A stretch of 64,000 nucleotides of DNA from Rhina ancylostomus (GCA_030265395.1 JARFYF010000059.1:18406207-18470206); one strand, 5' to 3'; counted from the first letter of the stretch, positions 14,761-30,970 are shown. Numbers and translations are program-made. Notes: generated by a model not told the origin, from the letters alone.

Positions 14761-15482
14761 TTCAAAGGCAATTGTAAAAAGATTTGTGCACGGACACATA
14801 GACATGGGATACGCGCACATGCAAATATATGCACTTAAAAGTCAAAGTTGAGTTTATTGTCATATGCACAACATACATGTGTGCACAGGTGCAATGAAAA
14901 CTTACTTGCAGCAGCATCACAGGCACATTGAACCTAGTGCCAAGATGTGTGTAAGCACACATACACAATACAAAACATGCTGCTTGTTGCCAACATTTTA
15001 CATGGGACTTCCCATTTACCAGTAAAAATGTTGGCAGTTTCCTATGATATTAGAACATTTGTTTTATTAGCACTCCTCACCCAAGCACTCAGGCTGGGAA
15101 AGACCTGAGAGCCAGGATTTTGAGTTGGGAGAGGCAGCAGAGAGCGGGAGCAGTGGTGAAGAAGCAGGGAGATCTAGGACTGTAAATGGCCTTCTTCTGG
15201 TTGAGACCCCCAGTACCTAAATGTGAAATCAGTTGTCCCAGATAACATCAGCACAAGGCACCAGCTTTTCTGTGTATATTTTTCATCCCAGGTACCTGAC
15301 CTATAAGGGATTGAGTGACTCCAGGACATTGTCAGCTGACAGACACAAAGAACCTGGATTTTGCATTCAGTGACAAATTCCTTGGAGTCATCCTCACAGC
15401 CAGGAATTCCAGGAATCACTGACTCCTTTCCAGAGTGAAAGCAGAAGCCCATCCACAGCCTTATGTTTGAAGTACAATGTCA

Positions 15483-16745
<1,263 letters not shown>

Positions 16746-17392
16746 TTAGTCTCCAATATTACAAAACTGTTTGCCTCCAAGGAAACCAATGTGCTCAGGG
16801 AGGCAGGGTGGGGACGTGGGGGGCGGGAGGGAATCCCACCAGCACCAACACACAATGATAGACTGGAAGGGGGGAAACATCCACCACCACTGACCCAGGT
16901 GGAGGGAGTGGGTCCCACCAGAGGCAACAAGAGAATTAATCTGGGAGACAAAGAGACTGCAGAAGGCAGAATCTGGAACAACAAACAATCTGCTGGAGGA
17001 ACTCAACAGGTTGAGTACCATCTGTGGGGAGAAAGGAATTGTCGACGTTTCAGGTCAAATCACACTGCATCAGGGCAGGGTGGAGGGGGATGATAGCTGG
17101 TAATAAAGAGGAGAGAGGGAGGGGTTAGACAGGAGCCAGTAGGTGATTGGTGGATCAAGGAGGAGTGAAGGATGATGGGCAGAGGGAACCAGGTAGGAGA
17201 GGGAGAGGAAGAGGAGCAGAAGTGGGAGGCAGAGGCAGGCGGGTGATAAGAGACGGCAGACAAAAAAAAAAGGCAGATGGAGCGAGTTGGGGAGAGGGGA
17301 GGGCGAGAGAATTAATCTTGTTCCTCTCAAATGTCAACTTCAATGAAGTGGGGGCAGCAGGATTTATAGACCAGGCATACACGGTTCAGTAC

Positions 17393-17536
17393 CTGTGAAA
17401 CCTCCGTCTGCGATGTTGAACATAAATTTTCCTTTGCCAGACTGCTCCTTTCTGCCCTCTTCCTCCTTCATGTCTTTCACTATCTCTCCATTCTGCAGAC
17501 TCTCTGCAACATCTTTGTCCTCATTTGTCTCTTCAG
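17393..17536 (-). CDS. CHD5: CHD5 exon (~exon 35), CHDCT2 start
   Basis: gaaag|EETNEDKDVAESLQNGEIVKDMKEEEGRKEQSGKGKFMFNIADGGFT|gtactg; 144 nt. Confidence 0.9.
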
Positions 17537-18205
17537 CTTTCAAAGAAAAGTCAAATAAATACCATTCTGGGCAAAGTTCAATGATCAGAGCACAAGTGCA
17601 AGCCCATCTCAGCCCCTCCTGCGAACTGAAGGGGCTCCACATGTAGATACCAGGGAATTATCGCCAGTGACTCTGTGCTGCCCACCTCACCCCCTTCCCC
17701 TTCCCGCCAGCGTCAGGGATCAGCAAACTCTGCACAAGCACAGGTCAGGCAGCACTCTCGCCTTTACGTGGGCAGGTCACCAGTTTGCTCCACTGCAGGA
17801 ACTGTACCCATAATACAGGCCAATCCTCTGCAATGTTGTACTGAGGGACTGTCATGCTGTCAAGATATATTCCCTCAAAGTGTGAAATCTCACAACTGCC
17901 TGTGGATCAGCTGGAAGATCACAGGGTATTGTGGAGCATCTGACCAAACTGCTCATCCTAAAACCAGTCATTATATCACTATTTGTGGGATCTTGTTGTG
18001 TGACACTTGTACATTGCAGCAGTGACTGCTTCAAATGATCTTAACCAACTGAGAAACCTCCTGAGGGTATGTATGTGCCAAAGAGGCAAGTATTTGAGTC
18101 CAGGTGTGGGGTTGGTGGGGTGGGGGACACGGAGGGGGCAGGGGGCCTCATGCCCAGTAGCAACAGACCTTCAGACCCATCCCCGCCACCGCATTTAATC
18201 AGCAC

Positions 18206-18344
18206 CTTTGGGATGAGGGGGTGCAGCCTGCTCCTGCAGCTCACGCTCCCCTTTCTCCTCTGCTCCAGACTCGCTCACTTGCTTCTTGCACTCCAGTTCC
18301 TGAGGCTTCTCACTGCTGGAAGCAGTTTTCCCCCCGCTGGGAAT
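18206..18344 (-). CDS. CHD5: CHD5 exon (~exon 33), Glu/Lys-rich linker
   Basis: gacag|IPSGGKTASSSEKPQELECKKQVSESGAEEKGERELQEQAAPPHPK|gtgctg; 139 nt, phase 0-1; identified by composition and phase, not by homology. Confidence 0.65.
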
Positions 18345-19799
18345 CTGTCACAATAAAACCATTAGAAAACATATCAGTGCTGGCCCGGGCATTCCACTGC
18401 CCAGGCTGACTTGCCGGGCTCCTCCTCTGGAGGAGGAAAAGTTTCACAGGGATGCCCCTCTCTGGGTCAGTATTTGTAGATCTGAGACCTTGACCCGGAG
18501 CCCATTGTGAGTGAAGCCAACCAGTGTGTGTTCAGACACTGAACTCGCTGGGAGGACGGTGACTGGGGACAGAAACCCTGACAGGTTTCCTCCTCCCTAC
18601 ACTAGGGTGTGGAGAGTTTCCAGACACAAATCAGCTAGAGCCAACAGTGCAGACTGGGGATTGGGGGACGTTAATGAGCAAATGCAAGGGAATAAGTTAC
18701 AGGGAAATAAATGAGGGAATGGCATTGATGGGATTGCTCCAAGAGTCAGTGGGCTGAACAGACCCCCAATGTGGTAGGGAAATACGATATGAAATAGGTT
18801 TGTGATCTTTTAGCTTTGACTATTGAAAGAACAGTTTGAGCAACGAGGGGATTCCCTCCAACAGCTGAAGGGTCAAAGTCACAAACTCCATGGCCACATC
18901 TTAGAGGGAAGGAGTGTTCATCACCTTCAGCTTGAGCCTAAACTTCTTATAGATTCAGCTTGTTCAATGGCTGGGCATGATTTTAGTTCAAACCTAAGTC
19001 AATGCTTCTATTGAAATAAAAAACAAATGCTAGAGATACTCAGGTCAATAAGCAGCTGTGGAGAGGGAGAAGCAGAGGTAATGTTTCAGGTTAATGACCA
19101 TTCATCAGTCCACAAGCACGAATCCAACTTCCAATCACTTGTCAGTCTAATAATCCACCTCATCCTGGCCTCAGTCCCCTCGAACCTTCCAATGAATGGG
19201 CACGTTACAGTCGCCAGACTCAATATCCTTGGATAATGACTCCGCGGTTCTTATTCATGACTCCTCTAGACCCACCTGGTGTTCTTCACTTGTGCGATGG
19301 TCACCCAGCTGCCTTGCACCATCATGCCTTCTGTCATTAACCCACTCCTGCCCACCTCTCCAAAGCTCCCCCTTATGCTTAAAGCCTGTTTGTATTTTTA
19401 ACCCCGTTGAGCTCTGATGAAAGGTCATTGAGCCAAAATGTGAACTGTTTCTCTTTCACAAATTTCACCGCTCTGCCGGGTTTTTTCAGAGTTCCAGCAC
19501 TGTGTCTTTTGCATTAATGCAGCGATTGGCTGACACAGTGCCTCGAGTAGCCAGACTAGAACTAGCCATCTTAGTACAAGTGTAAGTGTTCATAACAATA
19601 GTTATCGCTGCTTAATTCACTGCTTAAGACCAATAAATGTCTTTAAATCTCATTATTGTAAAATAACTTCAAGTGAACAGAACCACTCTGATTTCAGTTC
19701 CAACCAGAGCACTGGGCAGCTCTCATTCATCAGCTCTGAACTCAGTCATTACCAGTAACTCCAGGCACAGAGACTTGCTCACGCCCCTTCAATACTTGC

Positions 19800-19861
19800 C
19801 TCGCACTCTTCCTTCTCCCTCTCGTTATCATCCATCGCTTCTGCACAGCAGCCATTCTTCT
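19800..19861 (-). CDS. CHD5: CHD5 exon (~exon 32), low-conservation linker; probable GC donor
   Basis: Polypyrimidine tract ttcctttcctctttag|EKNGCCAEAMDDNEREKEECE|gcaagt; 62 nt, phase 1-0, bridging the neighbouring exons in frame. Confidence 0.6.
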
Positions 19862-21690
19862 CTAAAGAGGAAAGGAATTCCTTTGGTCAGATTAAAGCTG
19901 CAACACCCCACACTGGAAACAAGGTACAGCTGATGGCCAAGGCTCTCTTTGCCATGGGTTAAGCTACTGATTGACTTGTTTTACAAGTACCACCCAATCC
20001 TTGGAACTAGATAGTAGTGTAAGCTTGAAGCACCCCCATCACCCACTGCTGAGACTCCCTCCAATCGAGCTTCTTGGCCACTGGTCCAAGGAGCTGCATA
20101 TCATAGAGATGTTAAACTCTGGCTCAGTGGCAGCACTGACTCTCTGCCCGAAGATTATGGGTTCAAACCAAACCCCAAACATGAGACTATAATGCAGAAC
20201 TGACCTCCATGCTTGCCAAAAGGACCAAAGTGATAGACAGCAGAGGGCAGGCACAGTCACACCTATACCTGTGGAATACCTGGAGAGTTTATCCCAGCCA
20301 GACAGCAACTTAATCTGCTGTAGCAAAAGCAAGACAAGCACACACTCGCCGTCTTCCTCCGACACAGCCTTCGCACACCCAACTTATCCCTTCACAAACC
20401 CTCCTTTCCTTTCCAAGAACTTATAATTATCTGGCATCCTTAATTCAGTGAAAGGAGAGCAGTTATCAACAAACACTTGACACTGAGCCACACAATGAGA
20501 TGGTACAGCAGCTGCCCACAATCTTGATCAATGAGGCTATAAGCAACATCCTATAGGAGGAAAGAGATGGAGAGGCAGCTGGTTCTGGGAATGAGGTCCC
20601 AGAGCTGGTGGCCTTGGCAGCAGAAGGTCCAGGATCCAGAAGTGCAGTAACAGATGGAGGGGATTTGCAGGAGGTCAAAACTGCAGGAGCACAAATATCT
20701 CCTAGGATTGTGCAGCTGGAGAAAGTTTGAGAGGTGTGAGATCTTGGAGGAATTTGGATAAAAGAATAAGAATTTTAAAATCTAAGGCAGTGCTTGACTG
20801 GGTCCAGTGTAGGTCAGCAAGTCCAAGGGTGATGAGCGAACAGAATTTGGTCCGTTAGGACTCAGTCTGCAGAGTTTTAGAGGAGCTCAGGTTCACAGCG
20901 GGTAGAATGAGAGAAGATGACCAGGAATGGACTGGGATAGACTTAATGTTTCAGGCTGATGACCATTCACTGGCTAGAGTTCTGATGACCAACCTGAAAA
21001 TATTAACTCTGTTCCACTCTCCAGTGATCCCTCTGACCTGCTAAGCTCTGCCAGCATTTTCAAATTTCATTTCATGCATCTGCAGCATTTTGCTTTTTTT
21101 AAGCACATTGGAAATAGCAATTTCTAAAACCATGGATGCAGTTCAGCAGCACACAAGCTTAGACAGAGGCAGAATCTAGCAAAGTTAGAGGCTACTAGTT
21201 ATCCTGGAGTCTGTCAGATATGTAGGCTGAAGCTCACCTCAGAATTATACAGGACCTGAGACTGTAAACAAGGCGGATCACTTTCAGGGAGAGGGATAGA
21301 ATCAACGACCTGGAACATTCTCTGTAACAGGGACTGAACACAATGGTATCAGATTCTCCATTATTTGGGGGAGGGAATTTCTGTTCATCCAACACTGTGC
21401 TGGAGAGGCAGACTCTCAGTCAGAATGGTGCAGGGGTGAAGCTGTTTATCATCAGCATGAGTACAGCTACTCATGTGGTGTTCTCAGATGCTGCTGCATG
21501 ACAAGGGAAAATAGATGAGGACTAAGGGCATGACCAGAGGGAAACAGTGGGAAGAGAAGCCACCACAGGTCTAATTGGTGAGATCAGAATTGAGCAGGTG
21601 ACAAAGAATGGAGAGTTCAGGTCAACGGACAGGTCTGAGGGACAAGCAGCAATATCTTACCTTTGTCTTACTCACCCAGAAACATATTAG

Positions 21691-21756
21691 CCCACCAGCC
21701 ATTATCCTTGCTCCCCTCCCACCAGCCATTATCCTTGCTCCCCTCCCACCAGCCAT
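21691..21756. repeat. 27-bp tandem repeat (~2.4 copies)
   Basis: cccaccagccattatccttgctcccct twice exactly, then cccaccagccat. Confidence 0.95.
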
Positions 21757-21808
21757 CCCCATAGACAGGCAAACAGTGGCCTTTGGAATCTGACCAAGTG
21801 GAACCCAC

Positions 21809-21974
21809 CGGTGGAGCTGTGAGCTGGTACACCGGGCAGAGGACAGGAGGGACTGGCAGCAACAGGTGTACTGGCATCAGAGGACATGCAGTCGATGGGC
21901 TTCTTGGTCTCCACGTTCTCAGGCACCATCTCCGGCGTGCTGTACCTCCCATTGATGTATTCAAACTCCTGCAC
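21809..21974 (-). CDS. CHD5: CHD5 exon (~exon 31)
   Basis: ctaag|VQEFEYINGRYSTPEMVPENVETKKPIDCMSSDASTPVAASPSCPLPGVPAHSST|gtgggt; 166 nt, phase 0-1. Confidence 0.85.
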
Positions 21975-22209
21975 CTTAGATTTATTTTCCAGAAAGATAA
22001 TTTTAGTGACAAGTGAAATCAGAAAACAGGTACAAAACAGAACTGGCCAAGGGAAAAGATGAAACTCAAATCAGATCTAGGTGGTAGGGATGAAATTTGG
22101 TTATGAAACAGGTTGGGAAAATGTCCATCCAACTCACTGTGACTTCAACTGTCAATCTCACTTAGAAACTGCCACAATGCAACAAGTTGGGAACAAAAAC
22201 CTACTTGCA

Positions 22210-22470
22210 GGACTGTAGAGGGAGCATTCGTCCATATCTAACCCATGTTGGACAGACCCTGGGAATGTTTGAAAGGACATTACGAATACAGCTTTACTCC
22301 ATCTCTAACCAGTGCTGTAGCTGTCCTGGGAACATTTCATTGAATGGTGTAGAGGGAGCTTCATTCTGTATTTGTGTTGTATCTTTCCAGGGAGTATTTA
22401 ATGGGAAAGTGTAGAGAGCTCTTTACTCTCATCTAATTCATGCTGCTGCTCACTCAGGAATATTTGAAAC
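22210..22470 (+). repeat. Degenerate ~65-bp satellite-like array (~4 units); a similar array lies at ~25990-26310
   Basis: Recurring tgtagagggagctt(t)actctgtatctaacc..tgctgt..c..cctggga.tgtttga motif. Confidence 0.7.
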
Positions 22471-23463
22471 TGTCATTAATTGCCAGAATGTTCCATTTTC
22501 CAACATTATGTTCACAAAACTTAGAAGGAATTTATCATGAAAACACTACTTTATCAGAATGCTGTCATTAATCTTTCTTTGCTTATCAGCCAAGCCTGTA
22601 TTTGATGTATTAAGAGATATAAATGTATATGTCCCCTTATAACTGGAGCTGTAATAGTGGTTGGTTGTGGAGTTGGTGTCTGGTCTCCAAGTCCACTCCT
22701 GACCAAAGGACAACCATTTGTGACATTCATGGCCTGCTGCTACTTAAATTGACCACTGGTGGGCAGTATTGCTGGCCAATCTGCTGGTTCTGATTTCGTC
22801 CATTTGCTCAGATTGAAAATTTTGAAATGGTACAAAAAATCCTGGAATCTCTATAATATCAGAGTTGGTGAACATCTTTCATATTTTCTGCTTTTGTTTC
22901 ATATCTCCAACATACATGGTATTTTCCTATATAACTGATGTGTGCCAAGTACTGAGGTATCTAGGCCTCTTGTTGATGGGGACTGTATTGGGGACCACAG
23001 GTATTGAATACATCTGAAGTGCATCAGACACCTTTCCATTGACAGATATAGAAAATACTACAGGAGGCTCTGAAAACACAAAATGCCCGGGCCAATATTT
23101 GTCTCACAGCCAATGCGACAGCAACTGATTTCATTTTGTATCTCATTGCCGTTCAATGGATTTCAATGTATCCAAAGAATGGGGCTCCCACATGCCCCTT
23201 TACAATAGCTAAAGTATTTCAATGGCTGTAAAATGTTTTGGGATATCCTTTGGCCATGAAAAATCCTTCAGACCAGGAAATATAACCCAGTGAATAATAA
23301 AAGCATTTTTACCAAACCCAAATTCACCACGTTCAACAGAATGAAGCAGTAAATAAGAAACACATGAGCAAACTGAGCAGAGGTTCCTCAACATCAAGGA
23401 TTAAGATTCCCAGAGAATGCAGGGACAGACTGGACAACCTGCTGGAGCGTTCCCTTGTGGATC

Positions 23464-23622
23464 AGCTGAAGAGGTACAGGAGCCTGAAGACCCACACTCA
23501 AAGTTTTAGGAAAAGCTTCTTCCCCTCTGCCATCAGATAACTGAACTGTCCATGAACACTGCCTCGTTATTCGTCATTTGCACTGTTTATTTATTTGTGT
23601 AACTTATAGTAATTTTTATGTT
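23464..23622 (+). mobile_element. Rex1/Babar- or L2-type LINE 3' end, copy A
   Basis: Encodes RYRSLKTHTQSFRKSFFPSAIR (ORF2 C-terminus), followed by an AT-rich tail. Confidence 0.7.
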
Positions 23623-23890
23623 CCTCCAGGAACATCAACGCAAGGTAATTCTTTATACCATTTTTCTTCCAGCTCAAAACCCAGGTACTCCTGCCCCACC
23701 ATGCCCAGCCCACTCGAATATAGCCCACACATCAATGGGGTGGAAGGGACTTCAAGGTCTTCCCATAAGCACTGCCCCTTTCTCCCAAACTCATTTGCCA
23801 CAGACTCAATCCTTAAGCAATGTTACTGCTTTTAACTTGAGCTTGCATGAGAGGAGCTCCCAGAACATAAACAACTGGCATTTCTACTTA

Positions 23891-24139
<249 letters not shown>

Positions 24140-24238
24140 TTAAACCCCCAACACTGGGGATCGCGCACTGTTAGCAGAGGAATTTGGTGAAACATTCTCC
24201 TTAGAGCCTTCCCTTGGGGGCCAGTGGGAGGGTTAGTA

Positions 24239-24460
24239 AGCTGAGAAGGTACAGGAGCCTGAAGACCCACACTCAGTGTTTTAGGAAAAGCTTCTTCCCC
24301 TCTGCCATCAGATATCTGAACTGTCCATGAACATTACCACGTTATCCCTCTTTTGCACTATTTATCTGTGTGACCTATAGTAATTTTTATGTTTTGCAAT
24401 GTACCTGCTGCTGCAAAACAAAAAATTTCACGACATACGTTGGTGATAAACCTGATCTGA
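24239..24460 (+). mobile_element. Rex1/Babar- or L2-type LINE 3' end, copy B
   Basis: Near-identical to copy A; ends ...aatttcacgacatacgttggtgataaacctgatctga. Confidence 0.7.
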
Positions 24461-24667
24461 TTTACAGCTCGAGAGGACTGAGGGGCTCCTCTGAACCACC
24501 TTGCACCCTGGGACCTGAGTTTTGGGGGTGAGGTTAGAGAGTGTGGAAGGGCAGGCCAGGATGATCCAAGGGAAATGAGGAGAGCTGGACATGCAAGGAG
24601 CTGGGGGACAAGTGTAAGGGAGTAAAGGAAGCAGGCAATAGGGATCCAAAACAGTTTACTTCATTTA

Positions 24668-24808
<141 letters not shown>

Positions 24809-26224
24809 CTATTAACCGTCACAGGGAGGAAAAGGCAGGTCAGGGATCTTTCTTACCTCTGGAGCTTTCTGATTACCCCCAGCCCCTGTGAATTTCCATA
24901 AACTGGAGTGGGCACTCACATGATTGTATATCATACACATCATTGGTATCTTCTCCCTCCTCAATGGAACCAGTAACATTTCCATATCAGAATTCCAACC
25001 AATCCAACCATGCTATTATTATTCACATCTTCCTTTGAGTTAGTGAGTGATTTTCCTGCTGAGGGTAAGGGGTTTTTGGACACAAGTGTGACCTGGATTT
25101 ATGGGACATTTCTCGGATTGCATTGCCAGTGGCTGTGGTGATGACAGAGGAGGAGTGGATTGGTTCTTAATTGAGGCAAAAATAACATCTTGTAAAAGGG
25201 AAAGAATATCACAAGCAGGCCTGTGAGTAATCCTGGACCAACTCCTATTTATCATGGAGGAATCAGAAAGGAAATTTCAGCAGAAATGTTCCCTTTTTAG
25301 CCTCTATTTGTCTATAAGGCAGGGAAGTATCCAGTGCAATGCTCCTGACATTGCTTCTGTGAAGCAGACTGCGTGGACCAACTGGTTTTGTCCTTCCAAC
25401 TTAGCTTTGTGTTAATAATCATCCATCCAATTACGTCTCGCACCCTCATCCTCCCTACCCCACAGGACATAGCCTGGGCTGGAGGCTCTCAGTTATGTGG
25501 AGAGACAGGATTGGCTGGGTTTGTCTGTCTTGGAATGGAGAGGTGACAGAGAGAGTCACAATAAGAGCAGTTTTTGATACTTAAATGTTACAAGAGTCTC
25601 TGCCTCCACCAGTCTCTCAGGCACTGCATTCCAAACTTCAACCACCCTCTGGATGTAAATGTTCTTCCATATCTCCCCTCTAAATCCTTTGTGTTATCCA
25701 CCTGGTCCCTCTGGTTACAGAGCCCTCGGCTGCGGGGAAGTGCACTACTGTCTACTCTATCTATGCCCCTCAACTTTGTTCACCGCTACCAGGTTCCCCC
25801 TCAGCCTTCTCCGCTCCAAGGAAAACAAACCCCGCTTATCCAGTCTCTCCTCATAACTGAGGCACTCCAGCCCAGGCAACGTCCTGGTAAATCTCCTCTG
25901 CACCCTCTCCGGAGTGATCACACCTATTCACCTGTATTAGCTCAGCCAAAAAAATAAAAACTTACAAACCTGCGCTCAGATATTGTCCTATCAGGTGTTT
26001 GTTGGGACTGAGAGACAGGACGTTTATTTTGTAATAACCAACACTGTACTTGAGCCTGGAGCAGTATAGAGAGCATTTTATGCCGTCCCTAACTGATGCT
26101 GTTCATATGATGGGTTTGACTTGGAGAGAGAGTTTTGTTCTGTAACCAGTCTATACTATACTTGGCCTGTGAGTATTTGATAGTACAGTGTAGGGAGCAT
26201 CAAACTGTACCTAACCCATCTTTA

Positions 26225-26482
<258 letters not shown>

Positions 26483-26546
26483 TCACGATTTCAAGATTAA
26501 ATTACTACCCTAAATTAGAAAAAAGGAGCCATCGCAAAACCCTCAC

Positions 26547-26633
26547 CTTCCAGCTTCTCTTCAAAGTCTTCGTCCTCATCCTCTGAGCCCACAGAATATT
26601 CAGACTGGTTGTCTGATAGGTCATCCTGCCACT
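26547..26633 (-). CDS. CHD5: CHD5 exon (~exon 27), acidic
   Basis: ttcag|[29 protein letters not shown]|gtgagg; 87 nt, phase 1-1. Confidence 0.92.
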
Positions 26634-27274
26634 CTGAAAAAGAGAATGCGAAAAGAGAGAAAGAGAACTGTGACCAAAGAGGGTTGAAGATTCAATGGAA
26701 CAAAAGGAGAAGGATTTTTCACTACCAAATTGACCCTGCCTTCTTTCCAAGTGACCTTTTACCCCCCCCCCTTACACTTGGTTTCACCCAATATCCAATT
26801 GTCCAGCACAATCTCAGACATTCCAAATTGCTTCACAGCCAATGAGGTATTTTTATGAAATCAATGTTGTAAGAGATTCTTGCACTGTAATACAATCATC
26901 TGTTTAACTGTTGTTGTTTGAGGGATAATTCCTGGCTCAAAACAATAGAGGGAAGAGATGTGGCCTTCATCTGCTGAGTCAGTGAATCAACAACATTGCT
27001 CTGGGCTTGTGATCACAGTTAGGTCCAAACAGGATGAGGAAGTCAGATTTCCTCCCCAAAGGGCATCAGTAAATCAGGAGGGCTTTTAATGAGACTCTGG
27101 TAGTTTCATAGTCACCGTCTTTGATACCAGCTTTTAATTCCACATTTATTTTATAAACTGGACAAATATCCTGCCTGTCAATAGTGGGATCTGATTTTGA
27201 GTCGCCAGATTATTAGTCTACAATTATGAGCATGGATTCATAACCATTTATGCTATTGCAAGCTCTCCTCATCA

Positions 27275-27475
<201 letters not shown>

Positions 27476-28159
27476 CTAAATATTGCAAGATTAACAATAA
27501 ATCAGTTTCACTAAATTAACCATGGAAGATTCATTTTAAAACAAGGAGCTTAATCCATAATCTACATGTGTAATTAATCCTGGTCATTCACACCCATCTC
27601 ATTGATCACTTTTCACATGGTGAAATGTATGTATCCGTGGAGGTGCATATTTGCAATCCCCACTCATCCTATACGATGAGCTTTAATATCATTGCAACAA
27701 AGGACATTTCTTGGATACATGTCAGAGAGAACACGTAACTAAATAAAGAAATTAGTACTGCGATCAAAATCTACGCCCCACAAACAAGAAACCACATTAA
27801 AAAGCACATACAAGTGTCTTTGTTACTTCGGGAAATCAGAGTTCCATTAACGTTAAATTATTTTATTGTGTGCTGTCCAAATTTCAAAGAAACAGGGTTT
27901 GCTCCAAAACTTGAGCACAACTTGAAACCAGCACAATTTCACCACCAATTTGACCTTGCCTCCCTTTCAATCCTCCAGCACAATCTGCTGAGCACAAGAG
28001 ATAGATTCATCAAAAGCAGGGGTCGAGACCAATGCTGCAGAGCTCCCCCTCTCCACTCTGCCAGAAAACGTTCCCCGCCACTTGATACTTTCTTTACAAA
28101 TTCCCTTCTTCACCCTATGTCACTGCCTTGGGATAGTCCAGCTCTGCTTCACAGCCCTA

Positions 28160-28384
<225 letters not shown>

Positions 28385-30604
28385 TTAAAGATCAAACAAT
28401 CAGCAATTTCCCTGCATCAGTGCTGAGCACCTTAGGATTAGCAACCTGTAAAGTAACTAGCTCGACTCATAGGGTTAGATCATGTTTAGTTATTCCCCCC
28501 TTTCCCGAAAACTGCAACTGTCATTCATGCATTCCATCATCCCTCACCTTATTTATCTCACTGTTTGGCTTCTGCTCCATTGCCGAGAGACTTTGTTTAG
28601 TGTTTAATTCATGTGGGGAAAATCTAAGCTTGTAAATCTACCCCTGCCCCAGGTACGTTAGACCTCCGACACTGTTTACACATTTATCCATCGAGGATAT
28701 GTTAAAAGGGATGAAGAAGGAATGGAGGAATTTCTTGGAGCATTGACACCAGTATAAACCTGGTGAGTCCAGCAGCCTGTTTCTATGCCATTGTGTGTTG
28801 ATTGATTCAATCATTCTCCACAACTATAAGTGCAGGAATGTAGCTGCAGGAGGCCATTCAACCCCTCAAACCTGTCCCACTATTCTGTTGGAACATAACT
28901 GACTGGTACCTCAGCTCTGTTCAATATTCCTGCGTATCCCTTTAAAAACCTTTTACAGGGCTGAAAGCTCCAATTACCACTCACTCCCATATCCACCACC
29001 TTTTCAATGATTTCCTGTCTTTACTTTCACTCTTCCTAGAACCTTCCTTCCTAACAAGTACACATTTTTAAAAAACTTGGCACAGAAATACCTATGTAGC
29101 CCAGATATACTTGGCCATCAATTGTCTCCTCCAATAACTTATTCATCAAATCCCTTAAGTTGGTGAAAAATTCCCTTTTACTGTTAGTTTTCCTTTTTTT
29201 TAAAAGGAGGAAACTTTTCTCCTTAAAATAAGTAAAAGCAGGATTTGGTCATTTGAGCCCTTACACCTGCTCTGCTCTTCCAGTTCATGGCTATTCATTA
29301 ACTCAGCACCACTTTTCAGTACCAAACCCCATATCATTTGATCCCCATTAACATCCAAGAATCAAGGAACCTGTTACTGAACTTCCACTGCGTAAAGAAC
29401 TCCACATGTTCACTATTCCCTGGGTAATGAAAGTTCCTCTCATCTCAGTCCTGACCAGCTATCTCCTTATTTCTTGATTCACAAGCAAGGGAAAACATCA
29501 GTCCCATGTCCATCCTGTCAAGTCCTGTAAGAATTTTGTACATTTCAATGAGATCATTCTTCCAAACTCTACAGAGAAAAGGTCCAGTCAATTTAACGTC
29601 TCTTCAAAAACTAATATCCCATTTCAGATATCCACCTGCTGAGCCTTTGTTGCACTCTCTATCCCAAGTGCCTGCTTCCATTGGCAGGAATTCAGACTCA
29701 TACTAGGTTAACATGGTATCTCCATTGATTTGTGGAATTAGTTTTCCTTGACAATCATGAAAACATCACTTGAAATCTCTTTATTCCCTTTGCAGATAAA
29801 TCTAGCTTCCTTAACATTTTGCTCAGAATATGAATTCCCAGTACCCTGACCATTCATCCCATTTCCCCTCCTTAGATGCCACCCACTTGTCCCTTTTCTT
29901 TAATCTCTGAAACCCAAGATCAAACCCAGCCCAGCCTGTGGCAAAGTTTCTCGCACTCTCTCACACTAAAACACTTTGCTCTCCAGTATTATCTCCTCCT
30001 CGGTTGGAGGCAGTGATTGGCTGGAACTTATTTCAACAGGTGCTAATTGTCATTCACTAATTCACCCAACTGGCCAGGACAGTAAGTGCTGGTAGACTGT
30101 TCATCCACAGACTCACCCGAATCCTACACAATTTCCACTCATGGGTTATTGGAGAAGAACCACAACAGACCACGATCTCCTCCACTACAACCGCTACTCC
30201 AGGCACAGAGACTTATTACCAAGGCAGCAATTGACATCAACTGACCCACCAGACACCTGAAAATGACTCTTCCTAATTTGAGATGTGTATCCAAGACCTA
30301 AAATTAATCAATCTTTTGTACACAAAGGTATAAAAGGATTATGAATTGCACAAAATATACAATGCAAGTTACAGGTGGGCCATTCAGTCCATCACACCTA
30401 TGCCAGCTGAAAACCAGCCACCCAACCTAATACCATCTTCCAGTTCTTTATCCAAATCCCTGCAGATTACAGTTCATCAAGTCTACATCCAACATAGAAA
30501 CATTGAGCCAAGGTAGATAGTTGGGGCTGAGATACAGAACAGCATGTTACTATTGATTAGACTCAAAGAGTAGCCTCATGTTCCTACTGTGCAAGTTTTC
30601 ACTA

Positions 30605-30970
<366 letters not shown>

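Noticed and set aside
21676-21789. Separate cassette exon encoding GWWEGSKDN repeats
   Set aside because: It would need a 19-nt intron, too short to splice, and its phase excludes mutually exclusive use; kept only as an alternative-donor hypothesis
22210-22470. CRISPR-like periodic array
   Set aside because: Units are degenerate full-length satellite monomers without invariant repeats or unique spacers; vertebrate intron, no cas genes
28638-28823. Candidate for the missing CHD5-specific exon
   Set aside because: The phase-1 reading (GLYWCQCSKK...GQG*) has no resemblance to the human insert, and I found no convincing in-frame donor
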